Shown here: positions 12,790-24,150 of the stretch, piece after piece
Numbering within the stretch: the first letter of the stretch is position 1
Layout of the letters: every line of letters begins with the position of its first letter
Assembly (NCBI RefSeq): GCF_006345805.1
Contig: NC_043016.1
Location: 20,708,001-20,772,000, forward strand
DNA: 64,000 nucleotides
DNA from: Octopus sinensis
Taxonomy: Eukaryota
Direction: 5' to 3'
Position numbers and translations under genes: made by a program
The notes under the pieces: model-generated
Databases searched by the model: none
What the model was told of the DNA's origin: nothing
What the model saw: only the letters and a program-made list of their open reading frames with translations

Positions 12790-13293
12790 TATATATATAA
12801 AACTCTAGTTGTGTGAGTGTCTGTCCCCTTCGATTTAGATTCTTAACTCCTCCCACATTTTGCGGTGCAGTTTAACCAAATTCGGGTATCTTATAGTCGT
12901 GATTCATATCGAGCCCGTCTGGCTATTAGCGCGCGTCAACGATGAGTCTACGATTTTAAAAATAATTTAACATCATTTTTTATTCCATTTTAATGCATAA
13001 AATGCATCGTGTGTCGATGGCGGCGGAGTTGGCGTCCACGCTTACAGCTGCACCTGTTTGCTTCTCCCCTCTTTCCCTCCCTCGTGAAGCTGTGGGGAAG
13101 GAGTGTAAAGAAATCAACGTCGTAATGCGTTGTGAAGGAAACCAGCGTTCTTTTAGAACAACGACTTCATGGCTTGAAGACACCAAAATAAAAATGGCTA
13201 AGAAAGCCCGAATTTATAAGGGAAGTAACTCTCTAAAAATGCTTATATAGTTATTTCCCTTACAAACCCGAGCAACGCCGGCGATACTGCTAG
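12790..13293 (+). mobile_element. Non-autonomous Helitron family 1, copy 1
   Basis: Starts TATATAAAACT; ends with a hairpin-like CCCGAGCAACGCCGG then CTAG|T (13290-13293). Confidence 0.8.
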
Positions 13294-13806
13294 TATATAT
13301 ATAAAACTGTAGTTGTGTGAGTGTCTGTCTCCTACGATTAGATTCCTAACTCCTCCCACATTTTGCGGTGCAGTTTAACCAAATTCGGGTATCTTATAGT
13401 CGTGATTAATATCGAGCCCGTCTGAGTATTAGCGCGCGTCTACGATGAGTCTACGATTTTAAAAATAATTTAACATCATTTTTTATTCCATTTTAATGCA
13501 TATATTTCGTGTGTCGATGGCGGCGGAGTTGGCGTCCACGCTCAAACACACTGCACCTGTGTTTGCTTCTCCCCATTCTTCCCTCCCTCGTGAAGCTGTG
13601 GGGAAGGGAGTTTAAGGAAATCAACGTCGTAAAGCGTTGTCAAGGAGACCAGCGTTCTTTTAGAACAACGACTTCATGGCTTGAAGACACCAAAACAGAA
13701 ATGGCTAAGAAGCCCGAATTGGCATCTATAAAGGAAGTAACTCTCTAAAAATGCTTATATAGTTATTTCCCTTACAAACCCGAGCAACGCTGGGCGATAC
13801 TGCTAG
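13294..13806 (+). mobile_element. Non-autonomous Helitron family 1, copy 2 (head-to-tail with copy 1)
   Basis: Same sequence; ends CTAG|T at 13803-13806. Confidence 0.8.
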
Positions 13807-13817
13807 TATATATATAT

Positions 13818-13870
<53 letters not shown>

Positions 13871-13989
13871 GAGAGAGAGAGAGATCAGAAGTGTTCGTAA
13901 ACTGAGATACTACTGTATTAAATGTATATGAAAAAACTGGAGATAACGTACGATTTATTCGTAATCAGAGTTGTTCGAAAACCGAGGTT

Positions 13990-14190
13990 CTACTATACAG
14001 AAACTAAGGCCGAGAGAATGCTATCCTTGAATGGTCGGGCAGAGATGAAGAATGACTACATCGCCTCCGTTATATATTACCGCCTAACCGTCGTGCCTTG
14101 CACCAGTTCAGTCTGACCAGACTGGAGCATCTACTCTTCCGCTTTCTGTGAAAGGGAAGCATTCTACACTCCTTCAGATACCCAGAGCAA
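13990..14190 (+). mobile_element. Tx1/L1-like ORF2 fragment
   Basis: LSLNGRAEMKNDYIASVIYYRLTVVPC...LTRLEHLLFRFL resembles the post-RT region of L1/Tx1. Confidence 0.6.
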
Positions 14191-14194
14191 TATT

Positions 14195-15665
14195 ATTCCT
14201 TTGTTGAAGTGTTGCTATTTAGCTTATTTTGGTTGCAAACTGGGAGACCAGGACAAGTCATTTGCACCCCACAAAACTTGCAAGAGCTGCATTAGTAAGC
14301 TCCATATGTGGTCAGATGGAAAACTGAAATGTAGGCCCTTTGGAGTACCGATGGTATGGTGGGAGCAAATGAACCATCATGACGACTGCTATGACTAAAG
14401 TAGCTGAATTCAACAAGATGAAGGATCACATAATATACTTAAATTTTCTGTCAGCAATAAGACTTGTTCCACACTCAGATAATATTCCTGTACCTATACC
14501 ACCCAAGACATGGGAAATTTCATAAGAGTTTGATACTAGTGATACTAATGAGATGGAAGTAGACTATGAACCACCAACAAATGACAATCCCAAACTCTTC
14601 AAACAAGTTGACCTCAACGACTTGGTGAGGGACCTTTACCTTCCAAAATAAAGTGCACAGTTACTTGGCTCTAGACTGAAGGAACATTTGCTTGGAACAT
14701 TTGCTCGGTATCATCATCGTGAAGTGGAATTCACTCAGTTCTTTGAGAAACAGGATTCTCTAGTTTTCTACTCAAATATTTCTTGCTTTATTGAACACAC
14801 GGAGATGTCATACAAAATAGATGAATGGAGGCTCTTTGGTGATTCTTCTAACTGCTGCATCTGTGTCAATTGGCCATGTTATCCAAATGGCAGAAACTTA
14901 CGAAAATATGAAGACACTAATAACTGCCATCAAGTTCTGTAACCACAATTTTCTCATTTGTGATTTAAGAGTTATTGCTCTCCTACTAGGTTTTCAAGGG
15001 GGATACACCAAGTATCCCTGTTTCTTTTGTTTCAGATAGTATGGCAGACAGCCATCACTATGAACAAAAAGATTGGCCACCAAAAACCAGCTTCTTACCC
15101 AGAATTCAGTGTGAAAGCTGTGCCACAAGTTGACCCCAAGAAAATTCTGTTGCCACCACTCTACATCGAATTAGGACTTAGGAAAAATTTTGTGAAGACC
15201 CTGAACAAGAATGGAGCAGCTTCAAGTACCTGGAGTCAAAGTTTCCTCATATAAGAGAAGGCAAGCTCAAGGCAGGAATCTTCATTGGCGCTCATATTCA
15301 GGAATCAATGAAGGACAAGCATTTTGAGGAAGCATAAGCAGGTATCGAGGTGAATGCCTGGTTTTCCTTCAAACAGATTGTTCAAAATTTCTTGGGAAAC
15401 AACGACTCCTCAGAATATGAATATGAAAAATGATTCAAGACTTGGTGTCAAGTTTCCGACAACTTGCGTCCAGACTGAGTGTCAAGAGGCACTTTTTGTA
15501 CTCACATCTTGACTACTTTCCTGAAAACTGTGGTGACTACAGTGAGGAACAAAGAGAGTGGTTCCTTCAGGATATTTGCACTATGGAAACGCAGTATCAG
15601 GGTAAATAGAATGTCAGCATGATGGCAGATTACTGCTGGTCATTGAAACGTGACGGTCCAGATGC
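14195..15665 (+). mobile_element. Chapaev(3)-like DNA transposon, disrupted transposase
   Basis: YFGCKLGDQDKSFAPHKTCKSC...W...HHDDCY (Zn finger); GYTKYPCFFC; LLPPLYIELGLRKNFVK; HFLYSHLDYFPENCGDYSEEQ...MMADYCWSLKR. Many stops and frameshifts. Confidence 0.75.
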
Positions 15666-15917
15666 ACGGCACAAGTCGAATTCCTTTGGATCAATATGTA
15701 AGCTAACCATTGGAATCATATTTTTTTACATTCATTTGATTTGATGTTGATGATTCACGATTCATTTCATTTTGATTTGGAATACTTATATTCTTAAAAC
15801 TAACAGAATATACTTTTCCATGATTACTTGCCTTCATTTTAATAAAGTAACAATTTATTAAGAATTCACATTTTTTATATATCATTAATTTGTATTTTAT
15901 TGAAAATCTTTACACCA

Positions 15918-16470
15918 ACATCATCATCATCATCGTTTAACGTCTGCTTTCCCTGCTAGCATAGGTTGGACGATTTTGACTGAGGGCTAGCGAACCAGAT
16001 GGCTGCACCAGACTCCAGTCTTGATCTGGCAGAGTTTCTACAGCTGGATGCCCTTCCTAACGCCAACCATTCTGAGAGTGTAGTGGGTGCTTTTTACATT
16101 CCACTGCACGGGGGCCAGTCAGACGGTACTGGCAACGACCTCGCTCGAATCTTTTTATACATGCCACCGGCACAGGTGCCAGTAAGGCGACGCTGGTAAC
16201 GATCACGCTCGAATGGTGCCTTTTACGTGCCACCGGCACGGAAGCCAATTAGCCGCTCTGGCAACGATCACACTCTGATGCTGCTCTTAGCACCCTACTA
16301 GCACGGGCACAAGTGCCAGTAAAGTGACACTGGTAACGATCACACTCGAATGGTGCCTTTCATGTGCCACTGGCACGGAAGCCGGTTAGCCGCTCTGTCA
16401 ACGATCACACTCGCATGGTACTCTTTGCACCCCGCTAGCACGGATGCCAGTCATCGAATTTGATTTTGAT
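15918..16470 (-). mobile_element. RTE LINE 3'UTR fragment with (GAT)n tail
   Basis: (CAT)n followed by TTTAACGTC...CTGGATGCCCTTCCTAACGCCAACC, the reverse complement of the 3' end of the RTE at 31520-33145. Confidence 0.8.
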
Positions 16471-17073
16471 TTTGAGCCAAATGGTTTGGTTATTTAAAAT
16501 CAGCAACTCAAGAATATGTAAGATCACATCCTTGAATAAAAACGAAAATTTCCCAAATGCAGACAAGTGTAATCAGTGGGTCAGAAAAACAGACACTCAC
16601 ATATTTGCCAATAAAGTATGTATATTAATACTTATACAATGCAGTATGATAGATCCATTTCAGACTATTTTATCAATACTATTCCTAGAAACACTTTTGA
16701 CGTGTGCCTGTGAAGCATTTTCAAATTAAACCTGCCCTGCCCTCCCCTCATTCAGCTTACCTCCCAATAATTTGAATCTCGTTGATATTACCGAGAGGTA
16801 GGATGAAATTGATTTCAAGTTACTCTCAGAGATAATTTGAAATTCCTGGGGGAAACTTGAAATCGATTTCATCTTACCCTCTTATGATTTCAGATTACAT
16901 CCTTCAAATCTTTTCCCAAATGTTCATCGCCTTGGTGGAGTTCAAATTCCATTAAAGATCGATTTTGCCTTTCATCCTTTTGGAGGTCGATGAAATAGGT
17001 ATCAGTTATGAACTAGGTTTGATGTAATCAACTATGCCCCTCACTCCAAATTTCCGTCCTTGTGCCTCTAGAA

Positions 17074-17550
17074 CAGTGATTCTCAATGGGAGTCCATATG
17101 ACCTCTGAGGATCCATATAAGATTTTGGGGGTTCCACACAAGCAAAATAGTAAATTGGGTACACAGTAGTATTTTAAGGGTCATGAAACAGCAAATTTCT
17201 TTCTCTAACGTTTTACATGGTGCAACCAATTCCGGGTAAAAAAAAGGTCACGGTAATAAAGTCACAGGGTTTTGTCCGGGGGGGAGGGGATCCGAGGGGT
17301 GTGGTTATCCGAATCCCATAAATTAATTGTGACTTTTTGTCCTAGCCAAAATTATGACTTTATTACTGACTTTTTTTTCTGTGACTTTATTACCGGTTAC
17401 CAGTACAACGTGTACAAGTGACTGTGTAAATAACAAAATAGGAATTTTGAAAGAAATATCTATAAAACTTAGTTTTTAAACATCAAAAGGCTAGGAGGAT
17501 CCACCAGGATAGAATAGTAATCAAATGGGTTCACAGGTTAAAAAATACTG
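17074..17550. mobile_element. hAT-Charlie-like MITE carrying an internal insertion (~17220-17403)
   Basis: Left TIR CAGTGATTCTCAA; right end ...TACTG; 8-bp TSD CTCTAGAA / CTATAGAA. Confidence 0.65.
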
Positions 17551-18024
17551 CTATAGAAGAAAGGATGGATCCTTTTCGTTTTCTTCAAACCACAAATCTT
17601 AATCTGAAAATTTTCGAAAATGTACTTTTGGTATATAGTTTTGCAAGCTGGTGACGAATATCGCAATTACTGATTTAGAAAATTTATAATAAAGAAGTTA
17701 AAAGCATTTAAAGTTACGTATTTTTTAGCCAATGAATTTTAAGCCACTGTCCTCACGGCGGAAGATGAAACTGTTTATCACCATTGCGACTCCGCTTCAT
17801 TAATTAATTCGGACCTTTTTCGTTTTCTCATCCCAACAAATATTCAGGTGTAACTTCGGTATATATACCGGTGTAAATACCGGAAGTACCGGACACATTT
17901 CAAGAAAGTGTTTTTTTTTTATATATGGTGGGGGTTAGTGTTAGGGTTAGGGGTGGGAGAAAAGGGTTTCTGTTATCTTCAGAAATGTAAACAAAGTCAC
18001 GTGTGTATCTATCGAAGGTTCGCC

Positions 18025-19008
18025 GGATCTTTTCCTTTTGAACGGCACTTTTCAACACAATTTCTAGTTAACTAAACACTTTTAAACTTCGTATACTGGT
18101 AGAATGTGTTTATAAAACATCATTTTTTCTTGGCTTTATTGAGAAAATTCTATATGTTATAACATATTTCGTCTTTAATTTCGAGCATTTCGGCAATTTT
18201 AACCAATCGCTGACCTCTATTTAGGTAAATAACATTATGTGCATAATGAATATGTCCCTCCTTTAAGAAACAGATGAATCTTTTCCTTTTGAACGGCAGT
18301 TTTCAACACAATTTCTAGTTAACTAAACACTTTTAAACTTCGTATACTGTTAGAATGTGTCAAAATAAAACATTTTTTTCTCTTGGCTTTCTTGAGAAAA
18401 TTGTAATTTGTAAGTTTAATTTTTCGAATTTTAACCAATCGATGGCCTTTATTTAGCTAAAATCATTTGCTGCGTCTAAAACTGAAACAACATCCTGTCA
18501 CTGACCCGAACCCGAACCCTAAATTTTAGCCTTTCGTTTTTGTTTTTTTTTTCTTAATTTTTAAATTAATTAATTATTACGCGTGTGTCTAAAATTATTC
18601 GTGTTTTTTTTTGTTTTGAGATACACGTGATTGTTTTAAACTATTTTCCATTGCTAAGAAAAAAAAAACACGAAAGGCTAAAACGAAAGCAATGGAAAAT
18701 AATTTAAACAACTATCAAACAAATAATTCTATAAGTGTATGCACACGCTTTCCGAACATAAACATAACAGTGGCAGGATGTTGTCTCAGTTTTAGACGCA
18801 GCAAATGATTTTAGCTAAATAGAGGCCATCGATTGGTTAAAATTCGAAAAATTAAACTACGTTAAACTTACAAATTACAATTTTCTCAAGAAAGCCAAGA
18901 GAAAAAAATGATGTTTTATTTTGACACATTCTACCAGTATACGAAGTTTAAAAGTGTTTAGTTAACTAGAAATTGAGTTGAAAACTACCGTTCAAAAGGA
19001 AAAGATCC
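18025..19008. mobile_element. Long-TIR fold-back MITE (arms ~18276-18503 / 18768-19008) plus an extra arm copy at 18025-18275
   Basis: GAATCTTTTCCTTTTGAACGGCAG... versus ...CCGTTCAAAAGGAAAAGATCC; near-perfect ~230-bp arms. Confidence 0.8.
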
Positions 19009-19517
19009 GTGAATTCGAACTGAAACTAGTTTCAAATTAAAAGATAGTGAAAACTAACTTCAAATGCAAACAAGATATCAGTGGGGGTAAAAATAAACAC
19101 GGAGAGTCAGAATCTCTGATGTTCAAAGTTCTTTTTTAAGACATCATAAAAATGTTATGGATGTTTAAAAATACCTTTTCTTTATTTTCATTTTAAGAGT
19201 AGCTTACAATATTAAATGTTTATTGTTATAAAGGTAATATTAGTTGTGAACGCTAGAATTTATCATTTTAGCGAAATCAAATTGGGGTAAATGTGGAGAA
19301 TGCAGCTTTAATTTGAAATCATGTTCAGGCTATTCTCGGGAGTAACTTCAACTCGATTTCAGCTTACCGGGAGGTAATGGGGACTTCGGGATTAGGTTTG
19401 TTTTGTGTAATCAATAGCGACAGGAGAATTAATCCCAAAAGGCAATCTTAACGTCCAACTTAAACGTGGAGGCTGTTAGAACACAGAATACTGCATTATT
19501 TACCTTGAGAGAATCTC

Positions 19518-19985
19518 GGATCTTTTCGGTTTGACCGGCAGTTTTTTTCTTGCGGTGTCATATGAAATTGTCACCCATAATTATGACCCTAGTATCGATC
19601 TATTGCATTTCAATCTGTTTTAGGGTTAGGGTTAGAGTTAGAGTTAGTTAGGGTTAGGGTTAGGGTGGGGGAAGGATATCTTTTTTTTCTTCATAAATGT
19701 AAATAAATCCAATCTGTTTCTTAAACGAGGGACATATTCATACGGCACAGAATGTTTTCACCTCAATAGATGTCATTGATTGGTTGAAATTGCAGAAATT
19801 GAAGAAAAAACAACGCAGGAGTGGCTGTGTGGTAAGTAGCTTGCTAACCAACCACATGGTTCCGGGTTCAGTCCCACTGCGTGGCATCTTGGGCAAGTGT
19901 CTTCTGCTATAGCCCCCCCGGGCCGACCAATGCCTTGTGAGTGGATTTGGTAGAAGGAAACTGAAAGAAGTCTGTCGTATATATG

Positions 19986-20025
<40 letters not shown>

Positions 20026-20432
20026 ATATATATATATTATATATGTTGTGTGTGTGTGTGTTGTGTGTTGTGTGTGTGTGTGTTGTGTGTGTGTGTGTGT
20101 GTATGTGTTTGTGTGTCTGTGTTTGTCCCCCTAGCATTGCTTGGCACCGATGCTGGGTGTTTACGTCCCCGTCACTTAGCGGTTCGGTAAAAGAGACCGA
20201 TAGAATAAGTACTGGGCTTACAAAGAATAAGTCGCTCCAACATGGCCGCAGTCAAATGACTGAAACAAGTAAAAGAGAGAGAGAGTAAAATATCTTACAA
20301 ACTACAGAATTTTCTCAATAAAGCCAGAGAAAAAGATGTTTTATAAACACATTCTACCAGTATACGAATTTTAAAAGTGTTTAGTTACGTGGAAATTATT
20401 TTAAAAAACTGCCGGTCAAACCGAAAAGATCC
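19518..20432. mobile_element. MITE with 30-bp TIRs and TTAGGG-like tract, interrupted by a SINE
   Basis: TIR GGATCTTTTCGGTTTGACCGGCAGTTTTTT and its complement at 20403-20432; TSD AGAATCTC / AGAATCTG. Confidence 0.8.
19817..20290 (+). mobile_element. SINE family B (tRNA-like head, CORE-like CTTGGGCAAG motif)
   Basis: AGGAGTGGCTGTGTGGTAAG...GGTTCAGTCCC...CTTGGGCAAGTGTCTT; internal (TA)/(TG) tract; several further copies in the window. Confidence 0.88.
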
Positions 20433-20459
20433 AGAATCTGTCATGACTACATACATACA

Positions 20460-20819
20460 TCATCTTCCGTAGATGTTTTCCCGCTTTTGAAGGGCCCGTG
20501 CCACTCGAAACATTGCTTACGACGCATTGTCTCGTCACCGTAAGCTTGCAGAATATGCTCAATGTCTCTGTAAGCAAAACTTCCCAAGTTCAACGTAAAA
20601 TTTCACGTTGGTTCATTGTTCCAACTTCCTGTCCACGACAAAATTGCAGACAACATACACGTGATCAAAAAAAAAAAGCACAAATTTTACTACAGCGATG
20701 TCATTCGGTACACCGCCTCGTGAAAGTCACTGCCACTTCTCACTCTGCACACAACCGTGTGCTGCCATCTGTTGGCGCGCTGAAGAACTAACCTGGAAAT
20801 ATTTTGATACCACCTCATA
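20460..20819 (-). mobile_element. Mariner 5'-end fragment
   Basis: TIR-like TATGAGGTGGTATCAAAATA at the right end; minus strand encodes ...FKSGKTSTEDD. Confidence 0.6.
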
Positions 20820-21110
20820 CATTTATTTTCGATCACCATATAGTAAATATAGATGTCAGTGCAGAGAAATATAACATTGTAATACTTATATCCACAGGTG
20901 ATTTTCAACCAGCACATGAAGTTAAGCATAGAAGGCCTCTCCACATGCTAGAAATAACAGCTAAATCTTTTAAGTAAGCAAAATATATTCAGTTGAAAAT
21001 AAATAAGTAGAATAGAATAACAGAATACACTTCAAGAAATCTGTTGAAGCATAAATCCTACATAACAGAAGCAATCGAGTATTACGCACATAACATGCAT
21101 ACACACACAC

Positions 21111-21165
<55 letters not shown>

Positions 21166-21336
21166 TGTGTGTGTGCGTGCGTGCGTGTGTGTGTGTGTGT
21201 ATGTGATGGGAATCGAAGTGACTGTGAAACGTATTATCTTACAAAAAAAAGTTTGCAAAACTATGCCATCCTGACCTATTTCCTAAAATTCATATTTCCA
21301 GCTGCTTAGGCTGCATCGCTTTACTTGTTATAGTTC

Positions 21337-21371
<35 letters not shown>

Positions 21372-21373
21372 CA

Positions 21374-21430
<57 letters not shown>

Positions 21431-21470
21431 CTGTACGTGTGTCTGTGTATGTATGTCATATATGTATATG

Positions 21471-21508
<38 letters not shown>

Positions 21509-21510
<2 letters not shown>

Positions 21511-22330
21511 GCCCCACCACCCTACCTCTCCAACGCACCATTCTCCGAGCTTTCCAGCGACTCCAGTCCGACCCCTCCACTTCGCACATCTTCCCTAACC
21601 CAACCTCCCAACCCGGCTCGTTCTCCTGCTCCCGCCCACGCTGCCGCACTTGCCCTTACTTCTCCAACACCACCCTCCTCACCGGCACCCATCATCCACC
21701 CTATCATATCACCGACTCCTTCCCCTGCACTTCTACCAATATCTCCTGCTCTCTCTGCCTTTCTCTATACATCGGGCAAACGGGACGCCGCTTGGCTGAC
21801 CGGATCGCGGAGCACCTCCGAGACATCCGACTCGGCAATGACACCATGGTCTCGCGCCATTTCCGCTCTACTGATCACTCTTTGCAACACCTATCCGTGT
21901 TCGGATTGTCCTTACACAGGGACCATCCGGACTCCCGTTAATCTTCTCTCTTCGCTCCTTTGCACCACATGGGCTCAACTCTCCTCCCCTCGCCTCTCTC
22001 CCCCTCACACCTACTTCCTCCCACCCACTTCTCTCTTCTCGTCACTCCTACCCACCTCTTTCCCCCTTTCAATGTCACCCCTCCCTCGTAAGTCCACTCC
22101 ACTCCTACACATTCCACCCCCACCTTTCCTATCTTTCCCCATCACACCCTACCCCATCTCTTACACTCACACCCACGTACCCCACCTCAGCCTAACCCAT
22201 ACCCCACTCTTGCTTTCCCTACTTTCGCCTCCCCCACCTCCCAACACCATCACATCACACCACACTACACCTTACCACACCATACCACACAACACATCAT
22301 ATCACGACACACCATCATGCACACATCAGC
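21509..22330 (+). mobile_element. Penelope-like element 3' part: Cys-rich linker plus GIY-YIG endonuclease
   Basis: CSRPRCRTC linker; CSLCLSLYIGQTGRRLADRIAEHLRDI; after a frameshift LIFSLRSFAPHGLN. Confidence 0.9.
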
Positions 22331-22494
22331 ACTGACCACTTCCCATACCCACATTTTCACACCTACACACATACACATGCACACGTCAAAATCACCAGTC
22401 CTCTTCCACACGCACATACAAACTCTCTTATACACACGCACGTGCACCTTTGTTTTGGACTCAACACTACTTTATTATCTCCCCTTCTCCCTAG

Positions 22495-22780
22495 CTCATC
22501 CAAGTTCCTGGGGGAAAAACCTAATTTGGGATTTCAAAAGGATTATATTTTCCTCAAAGTTACGAGGGAATAAATTCAGATCTTGTAAATTTTCCGAAGT
22601 CCTCTCCCCAACTCCTCGCAAAAGATTTTCCCCACAAATTTCTTTATAATCGTAATCTATACCGTTTGAAAAGTATTTATATCATTTAAAAAATCCCATT
22701 TTCCTAAAAGTTATGAGGGAAAAACATCCTATCTTGTGAATTTTCCGAAGACCTCTTCCCACCGCCCGTTGCTTTCCCGG
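22495..22780. repeat. Unclassified interspersed repeat (inverted relative at ~56830-57098)
   Basis: CATCCAAGTTCCTG...AATCTATACCGTTTGAAA matches the reverse complement near 56.9-57.1 kb. Confidence 0.65.
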
Positions 22781-23689
22781 AATTTTTGTGTTCATATTCG
22801 TTTCCTACAACACATTTTTTACCCCTTTGCACTACTTTTTTTTTTTCGATTTTGCTTCCGGGTATTTATGTTAAGATTAACCGAATCTTTAGGGGGTCGG
22901 AAAACTGCCTAACTGTATTCCTTGCGACAATTTACGTTCTGGTTTCAAATCCCACCGAAGTCAATTTTGCCTTTCATCCCGGGGTCAATAAAAAAAAATA
23001 TATAAATGCCAGTCAAGCACTGGGGCCAATGCTTTTGACTAAGCTATTCTTTAAGGCTGCAGGCTTTGTACATAAATCAGAAAGCATTATTATTAAGTCG
23101 TCGAGTGCATTTTATTAAATAGGTCGTGTAAACCTCTTTTATTAGTGGTCTTTGGGCGGCATTTCGTCCGTCATAACGTTCTGTATTCAAATCCTGCCGA
23201 GGTCAACTTTGTCTTACAACGTTTAGAAGTTTATAAAATAAGTACCCGTTGAGCATTAGGATCGATGTAATCGAGTGAGAACCCTTCCTGAAATTGCTGC
23301 TCTTAACGCCATAATTTGAAACCATTATTATGTGCGATCTATCTTTATGACCTTTTAAAACACAACAAATGGACGACGAATACGTCTGGAAATTCCTCAA
23401 TCTCTTTAATTAATAAAATTAACTACACTCACATGCGCGCGCGCACACACGCACGCCCACACACGCACACACATGTATGTATATATATGAATGTGTGTCA
23501 AATCGTAATGCACCAAAGTGGTACATACTCCTAAGCGCTATCCGGCCGAAAGCCCCCTACGACAAAAGCTCCCCTAAGACAAAAGCTCCTCGTACAAAAG
23601 CCCCACGATTATATTTTTCAGTTCTTTTTTCTTTTTTTTTTTTCGCCTTTTGCTTGTTTCAGCTGGGTTCCATACAACCATCTAAAAAT

Positions 23690-24150
23690 TCTTCAAGGTG
23701 GTACCCCTAATAACAAGCAACAAGTAAAAAAATTTTTAATTCTGGAGTTGATATATTCAACTAAAAATTCCTCAGGGTGATGCCCCAGCATGGCCGCAGT
23801 CTGAAACAAGTAAAAAGATTTTTAGAAAATAGTAAAAAAAACGAAGAATAACCATAAAATATAACCAAGAGTGCTATAAAAATAATTTCAAGAGATTTGG
23901 CTGTTATTTCTAGCATGTGGAGAGACCTTCTAGGCTTACTTCATGAGCTGGTTGAAAATCATTAAAAAAATTCTGCTGTCGATACATTTGACTAAAAGTT
24001 TTTCAAGGTGGTGCCTCGTCATAGCCCAGTCTAATAACTGCAACAAGTAAAAAGGAAAAAAATTCCGGAGTCGTTACGTTCAACTAAAAATTCAAGGCAG
24101 TGCTCCAACATGGCCACAGTTTAATGTCTGTAACAAGTAAAAGATGAAAA
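23690..24150 (+). repeat. Tandem array of degenerate SINE 3' tails
   Basis: About four units of ...ACTAAAAATTC..AAGGTGGTGCCCCAGCATGGCC.CAGT...AACAAGTAAAA. Confidence 0.6.
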
